The translations under genes and the position numbers were made by a program. A DNA stretch of 64,000 nucleotides from Candidatus Fermentithermobacillaceae bacterium (lineage in GTDB: Bacteria; Bacillota; Sulfobacillia; Fermentithermobacillales; Fermentithermobacillaceae): NCBI GenBank assembly GCA_012840345.1, contig DULO01000031.1, positions 26,421 through 90,420 of the forward strand, given 5' to 3'. Within the stretch, counting starts at the first letter, position 1. Every line of letters starts with the position of its first letter. The notes below the pieces were generated by a model that did no database searches, was not told the DNA's origin, and saw only the letters and a list, made by a program, of their open reading frames with translations. Positions 37,760 through 46,310 of this stretch are shown one piece after another.

Positions 37760-39748
37760 CTAACTGACCGCCCTCGTCTCTTCTGTCCTCGGGGTCTTGA
37801 CCCAGGCCTTGGGTTCTTTCCCCATAGACTTCAACACCAGCGCGCTGGTATATGGCACAGGGAACATGAACGCCGCCAAAGGCAAAAGGAACAATCCCAT
37901 GTAGACACAGAACCTGCCCAACCAGGAGTTGGGACAGCAGCTGTTGTCAAGATGAGCGCTGTACCTGCGAAACGCGTAGAAAGTGAACCCGAGATAGATG
38001 GCGGAAAACCCGCTCAGCATCCACTGTCCCGCCGCCGGCACAAGAGTGGCGTCCATAAGGTCCTGGTGGTGCAACACCATGGCTATTGGCGGCACAAAGG
38101 TGGCCAGTTGGTACAGGACCCACTCCAGCTGGCCCTTGATAATGAGACTCAGGCGCAGCCGTCGTTGGGCTGATCTCTCCACATCCTTATAGGTTAGGAC
38201 CTTGTCGACCACCTGAAGATGTCCGGTGCCCCACCTAAGCCTCTGGCGAAAGAAGGCTTTAAAAGTCGGAGGTGTCTGCTCTGATGACGAATAAGGAAGG
38301 TATTCGGGCCAGGCTCCTCTCAAGAGATAAGCTCTCGTCCCGAACTCAAGGTCTTCTGTGAGTACGTGACAGTCCCACCCTCCTACCTCTCTTAAGAGGT
38401 CGTGAGCTATGAAGACGTTGGTCCCGCCGACAAAAGGCAAGGTGCGGAACAGCCAAGGAAGGTACCAATCGTGGGCGACGGCCTGATACAGGGCGGCAAT
38501 GCGGCAGAAGGGCGTCATCTGGTAGAAGTTCCTTACCTGGAACACGGGGCCTTGCAAGACTCTTGACTTCTCGGGGTCCATCATTCTCCTGTAGCCCACA
38601 TATAGAAGGACATCCTTATGAGGCCTGCTCTCCGCGTCGTAGAACCCGACGACTTCGGTCCTGGGGTCCAGGTAGTTGATTCCCCAGTTCAAAGCCCTAC
38701 CCTTGGTGGACGGTACCGGTCTTCCCGTCTTTTTTCCGTTGAGAGCGCCGTCAAAGTCGTAGGGCACGACCACGTGCCTCACGGCCGGAACGCCTGGTTT
38801 TTGGGCGGCTTCCGAGGCGACTCTGTCCACCACTTCTTGGGTGGTAGGGTATAGATCCAAGAGAGCGTGGCGTATCTTATCCCGTATTTCGCCCGTCCTA
38901 GACGCCTTGCGGACGGCTTGGCACACCCGTTTGGCTATCAAGTCGGTCATCCGCCGGATGATGTCTTGAGTCAGGTCATGGTTCGCCTTGATTGTGTGCT
39001 GAATGGTCCTCCTTAAGATCTTCCGGCTCGATTCGTCGCAGATCTCGGAGTACGCCGCTATGACCGGCACGGCTACCGCCAAGCAAGCGGGATACAGCCT
39101 CTCGATGTCCAGTTCGGAAAGCCACGGACAAGTCTTTTTCAGTATGCCCTTGAGCCTCCCCGCCTGAGGGGCCCCGTGAGAAGCGAGTATGGCGATGCTG
39201 ATGCCTCTCACCACGGCGTGGCGTTCGAGCCCGGGAAGCAGATAGAGCTCGGACGCTCCCGACGGGTAGTCTTTTTGAAAGCCTTTGGACAGGTATTCCC
39301 TCAACGCGTACTCGGAGAGGCAGGATACTATAACGGCCCGGAGTTCCACCTCGTGTCTTGACCGGACTCCTTCCCTTTCCCCCGACAAGATCTCCACGGC
39401 CAAAGCCTCCAAGGCTTTACGGTCTTCTTGAGCCGCCAGGATCTCTTTTTCGTCGGTCACCACCATGACTTCGTAACGGCCTTGCGGGTACCGCAAGGAA
39501 AGCAAATGGTTGATTGTGTTTTCAATGACCAGGGATTCGTTTCGGGCCGGGACCATGATGCTGATAAAAGGAACGGGCCTACCCAGTGAAGCCGCCGTCT
39601 CTTCTATGAAGGCGGGCTTTAGAGTCGGCTTCCTATTCCAGTACTTTCGTTCGCTGTAGTGCTTCCAGACCAGAAACCTGGCAAATAACAAAAAGAACAC
39701 AAGATAAACCGCGTACGCGACGAGGTACAGAGTCTGGGCGGGCGTCAT
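37760..39748 (-). CDS. Processive family-2 glycosyltransferase (membrane, QxxRW type) with large insertion
   Basis: N-terminal TM, SIMVPARNES GT-A motif, DAE(D) motifs, QRLRWGTG and C-terminal TM helices. The start is placed at ATG MTPAQTLY (39748), because the listed TTG at 39844 lies inside the upstream terminator's U-tract. Confidence 0.75.
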   Translation of the reverse strand: MTPAQTLYLVAYAVYLVFFLLFARFLVWKHYSERKYWNRKPTLKPAFIEETAASLGRPVPFISIMVPARNESLVIENTINHLLSLRYPQGRYEVMVVTDEKEILAAQEDRKALEALAVEILSGEREGVRSRHEVELRAVIVSCLSEYALREYLSKGFQKDYPSGASELYLLPGLERHAVVRGISIAILASHGAPQAGRLKGILKKTCPWLSELDIERLYPACLAVAVPVIAAYSEICDESSRKILRRTIQHTIKANHDLTQDIIRRMTDLIAKRVCQAVRKASRTGEIRDKIRHALLDLYPTTQEVVDRVASEAAQKPGVPAVRHVVVPYDFDGALNGKKTGRPVPSTKGRALNWGINYLDPRTEVVGFYDAESRPHKDVLLYVGYRRMMDPEKSRVLQGPVFQVRNFYQMTPFCRIAALYQAVAHDWYLPWLFRTLPFVGGTNVFIAHDLLREVGGWDCHVLTEDLEFGTRAYLLRGAWPEYLPYSSSEQTPPTFKAFFRQRLRWGTGHLQVVDKVLTYKDVERSAQRRLRLSLIIKGQLEWVLYQLATFVPPIAMVLHHQDLMDATLVPAAGQWMLSGFSAIYLGFTFYAFRRYSAHLDNSCCPNSWLGRFCVYMGLFLLPLAAFMFPVPYTSALVLKSMGKEPKAWVKTPRTEETRAVS

Positions 39749-39839
39749 GATGTCGGCTTCCACTCCCTTGTCGGTTAACGCTTTCTGTGCCCAACCAGTA
39801 TTGTTGCGCTTGCCGGATGGGGCTATGCGCCAGCGTAAC

Positions 39840-39873
39840 CTCAAAAGGAAAGCGGTCCCTGTTCGGGACCGCT
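39840..39873 (-). terminator. Rho-independent terminator downstream of cpgS-like paralog 2
   Basis: Minus strand: GCGGTCCC-gaaca-GGGACCGC, a perfect 8-bp stem, followed by TTTCCTTTTGAGG. Confidence 0.6.
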
Positions 39874-39916
39874 CCCAAAAGCCCTCTCAATATCCTTTCT
39901 GGAAGCCTACCGCCTC

Positions 39917-41239
39917 TTAGAGGACGCCTCCCACCGCTTCTATGGCTTCTTTGAGCGTAGGAGTCCCCACCTCTTGAAGTTCATACCGCACGCGCATTGA
40001 CGGCTTGTCGATCTTCATGATCCGCCGCAAGTCTATTGGGGTTGCCACAAGCACTAGGTCACACGGGGTGCGCGCCACCGTCTCTTCCAGTTCCGACACC
40101 TGTTTGGGTGAGTACCCCATTGCCGGAAGCACGGGTCCCAGGTGGCTGTACTTCTCGAAAGTGCGGGCAATGCTGCCTACGCTGTACGGCCGCGGGTCAA
40201 CCAGTTCCAGCGCTCCCCACTTCCGCGCTGCCATAACGCCGGCCCCGTAAGCCATCTCGCCGTGGGTGAGAGTCGGGCCGTCTTCTATGACCAGCACCCG
40301 CTTGCCTGTGATTTCCTGTCCCCTCTCAGGGAACACGGGGGAAGCGGCTTCGACTATTATGGCCTTGGGATTAAGTTTCCTGACGTTGTCCCTGACCGCG
40401 TCCACATTGGCCTTGTCCGCCGTGTCTATCTTGTTGATCACCACTATGTCGGCCATGCGAAGGTTGGTCTCACCGGGATGGTACGAAACCTCGTGCCCGG
40501 GCCTGTGCGGGTCAACCAACACTATGTGACAGTCTGACTTATAGAACGGGATGTCGTTGTTGCCGCCATCCCAGAGGATCACCTGGGATTCTTCCTCCGC
40601 ACGCTTTAGTATTTCGCCGTAGTCAACCCCGGCGTACACAATAATCCCGCGGTCGATGTGGGGTTCGTATTCTTCCCGCTCTTCGATGGTGCACTCGTGA
40701 AGATCCAGGTCCGCGTAGGTTTCGAACCGCTGGCAAGCCTGCTTAGCCAAGTCTCCGTAGGGCATTGGGTGGCGAATAGCGGCCACTTTTTTCCCTGAAG
40801 CGCGCAGGAGCTCCGCGACTTTCCTGGTGGTCTGGCTCTTACCCACGCCCGTTCGCACGGCGCAGACCGAAATCACCGGGTTCCTCGATTTTATGGCGGT
40901 CGCGTTGTACCCGATGAGTTTGAAATCGGCTCCCGCGGAAAGAACTATGGACGCTTTGTGCATAACGTCCACGTGGCTTATGTCGCTGTAGGAAAAGACA
41001 ACTTCATCGACCTTGTGCTTTACTATGAGGTCCGGCAGTTCTTCCTCCGGGTAAATGGGGATGCCGTCTGGGTACCGCTCTCCCGCCAATTCGGGAGGAT
41101 AGCGCCTTCCCTCAATGTTAGGTATTTGCGTGGCGGTGAAGCAGACGACTTCGCTTTGGGGATCGTTCCTGTAAACCGTGTTGAAGTTGTGGAAATCCCT
41201 GCCCGCTGCCCCCATAATGATGACCTTCTTGGCACACAT
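39917..41239 (-). CDS. Cyclic 2,3-diphosphoglycerate synthetase-like protein, paralog 2
   Basis: The start is ATG MCAKKVIIMGAAG at 41239 with a GGAGGAGGAG RBS, colinear with paralog 1. Same P-loop and DGGNND motifs. Confidence 0.6.
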   Translation of the reverse strand: MCAKKVIIMGAAGRDFHNFNTVYRNDPQSEVVCFTATQIPNIEGRRYPPELAGERYPDGIPIYPEEELPDLIVKHKVDEVVFSYSDISHVDVMHKASIVLSAGADFKLIGYNATAIKSRNPVISVCAVRTGVGKSQTTRKVAELLRASGKKVAAIRHPMPYGDLAKQACQRFETYADLDLHECTIEEREEYEPHIDRGIIVYAGVDYGEILKRAEEESQVILWDGGNNDIPFYKSDCHIVLVDPHRPGHEVSYHPGETNLRMADIVVINKIDTADKANVDAVRDNVRKLNPKAIIVEAASPVFPERGQEITGKRVLVIEDGPTLTHGEMAYGAGVMAARKWGALELVDPRPYSVGSIARTFEKYSHLGPVLPAMGYSPKQVSELEETVARTPCDLVLVATPIDLRRIMKIDKPSMRVRYELQEVGTPTLKEAIEAVGGVL

Positions 41240-41277
41240 GAGAAACGCTCCTCCTCCGGTTATACTGGTCTTTTCTC

Positions 41278-42309
41278 CTATCGCGCCCAAACCTCTCCCA
41301 CTATTTCAAGAGGTCTCCGGCACTTGGGACACGCCTTACCGTCCAGGTAAGATGCTTCCAGCTCCATTCCTCCCCGTTCCAGCAAGAGTTCTCCGCATTT
41401 CGGGCACCTCGTGTCCGCGTAACCTGTTTTCCAAGCGTTGCCTATGTAAACATAGTGAAGGTTTCTAAGAGCCACTTCCCTAAGCCTCTCCAAAGTCTCC
41501 GTGGGCGTCACCTGCTCTCGCGACTTGTAGGCGGGAAAGTATCTAGATAGGTGCAAGGGTATGGCGGGGCTCAGGGAACCAAGCCAGCCGGACAGGCCCT
41601 CCATGTCTTCGTCTCTATCGTTCTGGCCGGGTATGACCAGACACGTTACCTCCACCCAAGCACCGTACCTGACGGCGCGTTCCACGGTCTTCTTCACGGG
41701 CTCTAAGCGGCCTCCCGCCAGATCGCGGTAGAAATCCTCATCCCAAGCCTTCACGTCTATGTTGAAGGCGCCTACAAGCGGCAGGACCTCTTCCAGAGCC
41801 TTTGGGGAAATGAACCCGTTGGTTACCATGACGTTCAGAAGCCCCTGTTCGTTTGCCAAACGGGCGGAATCAAGAACAAACTCCAGCCCAACCGTGGGTT
41901 CGTTGTAGGTGTAGGCTATCCCCACCACCCGCCGGTCCGCCTGCCTCCTTTGGGACGCGCAAAGCACGATTTCCTCAGGCTCAAACACCTCACAGTAAGG
42001 CCGGGCCTGGGATATCTGCCAGTTTTGACAAAACTCGCACCGGAAGTTGCACCCGAAAGACCCTACCGATAGCAGCATCCCCCCGGGATGGACGTGAAAG
42101 AGGGGTTTTTTCTCTACCGGGTCTAAGGCCAGCGACGTAACCGCCCCGTAATTCCGGCTTACCAGCTTCCCGTCCAGGTTTTGCCTGACCCTGCAAATGC
42201 CGTACTTGCCGGGCGGGATTACGCAGCCGTGGGGGCAAAGCTCGCAGGCCACCTTGCCTCCCTCTTGGCTCCGGTAAAACCTGGCCTCAGTCGACGGCAA
42301 GCTATCCAT
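41278..42309 (-). CDS. AmmeMemoRadiSam-system-type radical SAM enzyme (PFL-activase-like)
   Basis: 343 aa with CNFRCEFC (CxxxCxxC) radical-SAM cluster motif, an N-terminal CELCPHGC and a C-terminal CPKCG...CPKC zinc-ribbon. Confidence 0.8.
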   Translation of the reverse strand: MDSLPSTEARFYRSQEGGKVACELCPHGCVIPPGKYGICRVRQNLDGKLVSRNYGAVTSLALDPVEKKPLFHVHPGGMLLSVGSFGCNFRCEFCQNWQISQARPYCEVFEPEEIVLCASQRRQADRRVVGIAYTYNEPTVGLEFVLDSARLANEQGLLNVMVTNGFISPKALEEVLPLVGAFNIDVKAWDEDFYRDLAGGRLEPVKKTVERAVRYGAWVEVTCLVIPGQNDRDEDMEGLSGWLGSLSPAIPLHLSRYFPAYKSREQVTPTETLERLREVALRNLHYVYIGNAWKTGYADTRCPKCGELLLERGGMELEASYLDGKACPKCRRPLEIVGEVWAR

Positions 42310-42322
42310 GGCGCAACGCCTC

Positions 42323-43735
42323 TCAATGGTATCTGGTTACTTTGAAACGATACAGCCTTACGTCCTTCTCCCTCTCACCTATGCCGGCCTTGCGCTTGGC
42401 GATGGAGACTTGTTCCTCCACCGTGTTGACGCCTGGCAAGTCGGGCAGCAGCAGGCCTCTGCGCCGTCCCTTTTCACAGATAACCCCATATACCTTAGGG
42501 TCAAGGTCCGAGAGAGACTCGACGGGCTCGGAAGGCGAAAGAACGTCCACAGAGTAGTCCAGGTAGTCCAACTCGGAAGAGTCTACCGGTTCGAACCTCG
42601 GGTCCCTCGCGGCCGCGCTGACGGCGTTGGATATGATCTCCGCCGCCAAGCTGGACGTGGTGGCCTCCGTGGTCCCAATGCACCCTCGAAGGTCTCCCTC
42701 TTTATGGATGGATACGAAGACCCCGCCCCGCTCCAGGAACTCAGCGGGCACATCCTTGGGAACTCCTATGATCCTGCCCGTCTTTACGTACTCCTCCACC
42801 GCCTTTCTCGCCAGGGAGACGGGATAGGACTCGCCGCTCCGGATGGAGTTCATACGTTCCTGGCGCTTGCGGTTGATCTCATCCAAACGGGGGGCCTTGA
42901 GTTCTCCCTTTGGAGTAAACAGGGCCACCGAGTACCCTACCCCGAAAGGTCCTTCGTAAGACAGGACCTGGGACGAAACCTCCACGCGGTCCAAGATGCC
43001 CAGCATGAGGGCGATGGGCCTGAGCCCGCATTCGCCCGCCTCTTCTATCAGGTCTTTGGGCAGCGTCAGTATCTTGGAAGGCTCGAAGTCTCTTAGCAGG
43101 TTTATCAGTTCCCGGTCGAAGACCTCGCCCTTGGGGCTGTACCCCGCGGGAGCATCACGAGTAAGCCTGTGGGACAGATCGCCTGAGCACAACACGGCCA
43201 CCCGGCGTCCCAAGCTCCGGCATGCCCGCTCCACGGCTATGCCCGCTCTGTAAAGGTCCAGAAGGGAAAGGAACCCGATGTTGAGCACTACCATACGCCC
43301 GGCAAAGCCCTTTCGCGCAAGGAAACTCACGGGCACGACGACCCCGTGGTCGAGACGGTCGCCTATCATGTACCGGGAGCGTGTATTCCTGTCCAACAGG
43401 ACGGCCGGGGTGCTAGGGTCTTTGGAGAGCTCCCGAACTAACGCGGAAGCCAGGTCGGAGTCGTTTAGGTAGCGTACGCGGACTTCGGGGGCTCCGAACC
43501 CCGACAGGTCCCCGATAAGCTCCGCTTCATCCCTCACCGACAGGGCATCTCTGAATACCGGGCCGTGGGGGGTGATGACCAACAGGGTTTCAGGTCCGGC
43601 GTCTATGAAGGCGGAAGCGAGCCGGTCCATTGCCCGTCGCGTAGCCAGAACCTTTCTCTCTTCGCCGCGCCCCACCTCGGGGAGCAATATCGCCGGATGC
43701 GGGGCCAGTCCGCACAAGACCACGCTTGTCGTCAC
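42323..43735 (-). CDS. Fusion protein: class-III extradiol-dioxygenase-like (Memo/LigB superfamily) domain + AMMECR1 domain (AmmeMemoRadiSam proteins B+A)
   Basis: A GTG start 2 nt after the racemase stop, with an AAGGTGG RBS. N-terminal CGLAPHPAILLPE...ITPHGPVF...SGDLSHRL (LigB/Memo-like). C-terminal RGCIGT...DPRF (AMMECR1). Confidence 0.7.
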   Translation of the reverse strand: MTTSVVLCGLAPHPAILLPEVGRGEERKVLATRRAMDRLASAFIDAGPETLLVITPHGPVFRDALSVRDEAELIGDLSGFGAPEVRVRYLNDSDLASALVRELSKDPSTPAVLLDRNTRSRYMIGDRLDHGVVVPVSFLARKGFAGRMVVLNIGFLSLLDLYRAGIAVERACRSLGRRVAVLCSGDLSHRLTRDAPAGYSPKGEVFDRELINLLRDFEPSKILTLPKDLIEEAGECGLRPIALMLGILDRVEVSSQVLSYEGPFGVGYSVALFTPKGELKAPRLDEINRKRQERMNSIRSGESYPVSLARKAVEEYVKTGRIIGVPKDVPAEFLERGGVFVSIHKEGDLRGCIGTTEATTSSLAAEIISNAVSAAARDPRFEPVDSSELDYLDYSVDVLSPSEPVESLSDLDPKVYGVICEKGRRRGLLLPDLPGVNTVEEQVSIAKRKAGIGEREKDVRLYRFKVTRYH

Positions 43736-43736
43736 G

Positions 43737-44801
43737 TCAGCGCACCACCTTTTCCACAAATGGAGACGTCGCCGCCTGCAAAAGGGAACTGTAAGCGGGG
43801 ATGAACCGCAGCATTGAGCCAACCTTCACATCCCCCGCGTCCTGAACGTCCAAAATGAGATGGTCTGAAGACGCTCCTAATACCTGCACTCCCGGTTCCA
43901 GAGGGGTCAGCCCGTCAGGATCTATGTCCTGCCGTCCCGCGGCACAGATGGCTCTCTTGCGGATTCCCCGGTCTGGAAAAGTAACCACGAGACCGAAAGC
44001 GTTTTGCCCGACCTGTCCTTCCGGTTTTGAGGGCTTGGTTTGGACTTCTATGACTTCCGCGACTATGGTAAAGGCGTCTGGGTAACACCCGGGGACAGGA
44101 GACCTATGGACCGCTTCCGTCCCCAAAAGCACGCTTTCGCCTATGCGGAGTTCGGTTATCCCCGCGGGCATCTCCTTGTTCATCACCAGGGGCATGTTGG
44201 CCGAATTGCCGCCTGACACGGTTTCCAGCTTTAGTCCTAGGCTCGACTCGATATCGTCCCTTACTTTGAGCAATGCCTCCATCTTCTCCCGGGTCGGGAT
44301 TACCCCGCCGTAGCAAGCCAGGTTCACCCCGATACCCGCCAGCTTCACGCCGTCTTCTGAGCTCATGGCTTTGGCGGTTTCCACTGCCTTGTGGACGGGA
44401 ACTCCCTCCCGGAGGTCTCCCAGGTCCACCATGAGTACCACCTTGTGGGTCCTGTTTGCCTTCCTCGCCGCCTTGGCCAGCATCCTGACGACTTCCACTT
44501 CAGAGTTTAGGCTCACGTCGGCGACCGCTACCGCTTCGTCCACTCGGCTGGGCGCCGGGGACCTCAGGAGCACCGTTTCCCCCGCGTATCCGCCCTCTCT
44601 TGCCCTGGCGAGGTTCTCAACCCGGGAATCAGCTATAGCGGCGGCACCGCCCTCAACCATGGCCTTCACAACCGCGGGGTGACCCAGTACGGACTTGGGA
44701 ACGCCGACCAGCCTCATGCCCAACTCGCCCAGCATAGACGACACCACGCGGGTGTTGTGCCTGATTTTGGCCGTGTCGATAACCAATGCAGGTAGCTTCA
44801 T
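43737..44801 (-). CDS. PLP-dependent alanine-racemase-fold protein (ornithine racemase / YhfX-like)
   Basis: 354 aa, N-terminal TIM-barrel PLP domain (VLGHPAVVKAMVEGGAAAIADSRVENL...VVLMVDLGDLREG) and a C-terminal beta domain. Confidence 0.7.
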   Translation of the reverse strand: MKLPALVIDTAKIRHNTRVVSSMLGELGMRLVGVPKSVLGHPAVVKAMVEGGAAAIADSRVENLARAREGGYAGETVLLRSPAPSRVDEAVAVADVSLNSEVEVVRMLAKAARKANRTHKVVLMVDLGDLREGVPVHKAVETAKAMSSEDGVKLAGIGVNLACYGGVIPTREKMEALLKVRDDIESSLGLKLETVSGGNSANMPLVMNKEMPAGITELRIGESVLLGTEAVHRSPVPGCYPDAFTIVAEVIEVQTKPSKPEGQVGQNAFGLVVTFPDRGIRKRAICAAGRQDIDPDGLTPLEPGVQVLGASSDHLILDVQDAGDVKVGSMLRFIPAYSSLLQAATSPFVEKVVR

Positions 44802-46144
44802 TAGACCAACCCCAGACTTGTCTTTAGAATTGTCATGGCCTCACTCGGCTTTTCTCTGGAAAGCACGCCGCATGCCGCCATGATGTAGTCCTTGTCTATA
44901 AGGATGCGGGCGTCTTTCGGGTAAAGCTCCCTTCCGGCGCCCTGCCCGATCAGTCTCTTCAGTATCTCTTCCCCGCCTGGAAGCCTGGTTAGGGCCCCGC
45001 CTGTTCCGATGATCGTTCCTACGCTAGATAGGTCTTTCCCGCTTGCGACGGCCTGTCTGCCCGACGGCCCGTAAAGATACCGGATTCTGCCGGCGTGCCG
45101 CGAAAACGCGATCTCGCAGGCGGCCTTGGTAAGATACGACACCAAGCGGGATTCACGATCCGAGGGTATCACGCTGAGTTTGTCCAAAAGAGGCTCGGGA
45201 TCAAAGCCAAGCTCAAGAACTGCTCTATCCTTCACTTCTTCATAGACGTTCTTGGCGTTGATGAACACTCCCAAGTCCCCTTCAACGGTCCGTTTGGCCA
45301 AGGGCTCAGGGTTCTCCAGGATGGCCTGGATTTCGGGGCTCCCTTTTGCCACCGAGTGAACGTCGGTCGTGGCGCCGCCCACGTCGAGAGCGCACAAGTC
45401 TCCCAAATCCTCCCACAAGACCTTACACGCTTCCATAACGGCGCCGGGCGTCGGCATTATGGGCCCGTCCACCATTTCCCTGATAGTATCCATCCCCGGG
45501 GCTTTGGTAATGTGCTCCTCAAACGCCGCCTGTATCACCTTTCTGGCGGGCTCCACCACCAGTTCGTCAACTCGCGGAAATACGTTTTCAACAAAGTACA
45601 CCTTGCCCCCGTGGTCCTTGAGGATGTCCGCCACTTCCTGCCTGGCGGCTATATTGCCGGCGTAGATGATTGGGACATCGGGCAGAACTTCGTGAAGCAC
45701 CCTCGCGTTATGCAAGGCGGTAGATTTCTCGCCGTAATCCACCCCTCCGGCCAAGAGCGCTATCTTGGGCTTCACCTTCTGAAGACGCAGAGCGTCGGAC
45801 GAGGTCATCTCGCCGGCGGTTATGAATCTAATCACCGCTCCCGCTCCCAACGCCGCTTCCTTGGCGGCCCTGACGGTCATGTCGTATACCAGGCCGTGGA
45901 CGCTCATGGAAAGCCCTCCGGCCGCGCTGGAAACCGCCATCATGCGGTCGTAGTCCAGCGAACCGGCGCCAAGGGACTCCTTTAGCCGGTCCAAAGCCTT
46001 GCGCAGCCCTAGAGTGACGTCTCCTTGGGCGACAGTGGTCTCCGACACCCCCTGCCCAAGAAACCGCGGGTCTTTCGAAAGGTCAAAAGCGTTCACTACT
46101 GTGGTTGTGCTGCCGATCTCGGCGACCAATGCATGGACTTTCAT
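44801..46144 (-). CDS. Glutamate mutase L (GlmL/MutL)-family ASKHA protein, paralog C
   Basis: 447 aa with N-terminal ALVAEIGSTTTVVNAF and ALDVGGATTDVHSV, the length and motifs of the GlmL family. The preceding RBS is AAGGAGAGG. Confidence 0.75.
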   Translation of the reverse strand: MKVHALVAEIGSTTTVVNAFDLSKDPRFLGQGVSETTVAQGDVTLGLRKALDRLKESLGAGSLDYDRMMAVSSAAGGLSMSVHGLVYDMTVRAAKEAALGAGAVIRFITAGEMTSSDALRLQKVKPKIALLAGGVDYGEKSTALHNARVLHEVLPDVPIIYAGNIAARQEVADILKDHGGKVYFVENVFPRVDELVVEPARKVIQAAFEEHITKAPGMDTIREMVDGPIMPTPGAVMEACKVLWEDLGDLCALDVGGATTDVHSVAKGSPEIQAILENPEPLAKRTVEGDLGVFINAKNVYEEVKDRAVLELGFDPEPLLDKLSVIPSDRESRLVSYLTKAACEIAFSRHAGRIRYLYGPSGRQAVASGKDLSSVGTIIGTGGALTRLPGGEEILKRLIGQGAGRELYPKDARILIDKDYIMAACGVLSREKPSEAMTILKTSLGLV

Positions 46145-46310
46145 TATCGCGACTCCCGCCTCTCCTTAAGCCGCTATTAGCATCAAAACCTCCACCCTCA
46201 TGCATTCTTGCATGAGAGGTGAATTCCTGCCAAAATAAGGGCTCTTAAGGCGTCGCGGGGTTTTCGCGGGTTCGTGGGGTAACCGGACGTTGGGTTAACA
46301 TGGCTCTATA

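Noticed and set aside
39749-39844. TTG-initiated 5' extension of the GT2 ORF
   Set aside because: The TTG lies within the U-tract of the upstream intrinsic terminator. The ATG at 39748, preceded by a GGAGTGG, is a more plausible start.
45095-45985. 296-aa plus-strand ORF
   Set aside because: Antisense to GlmL-family gene C (44801..46144).
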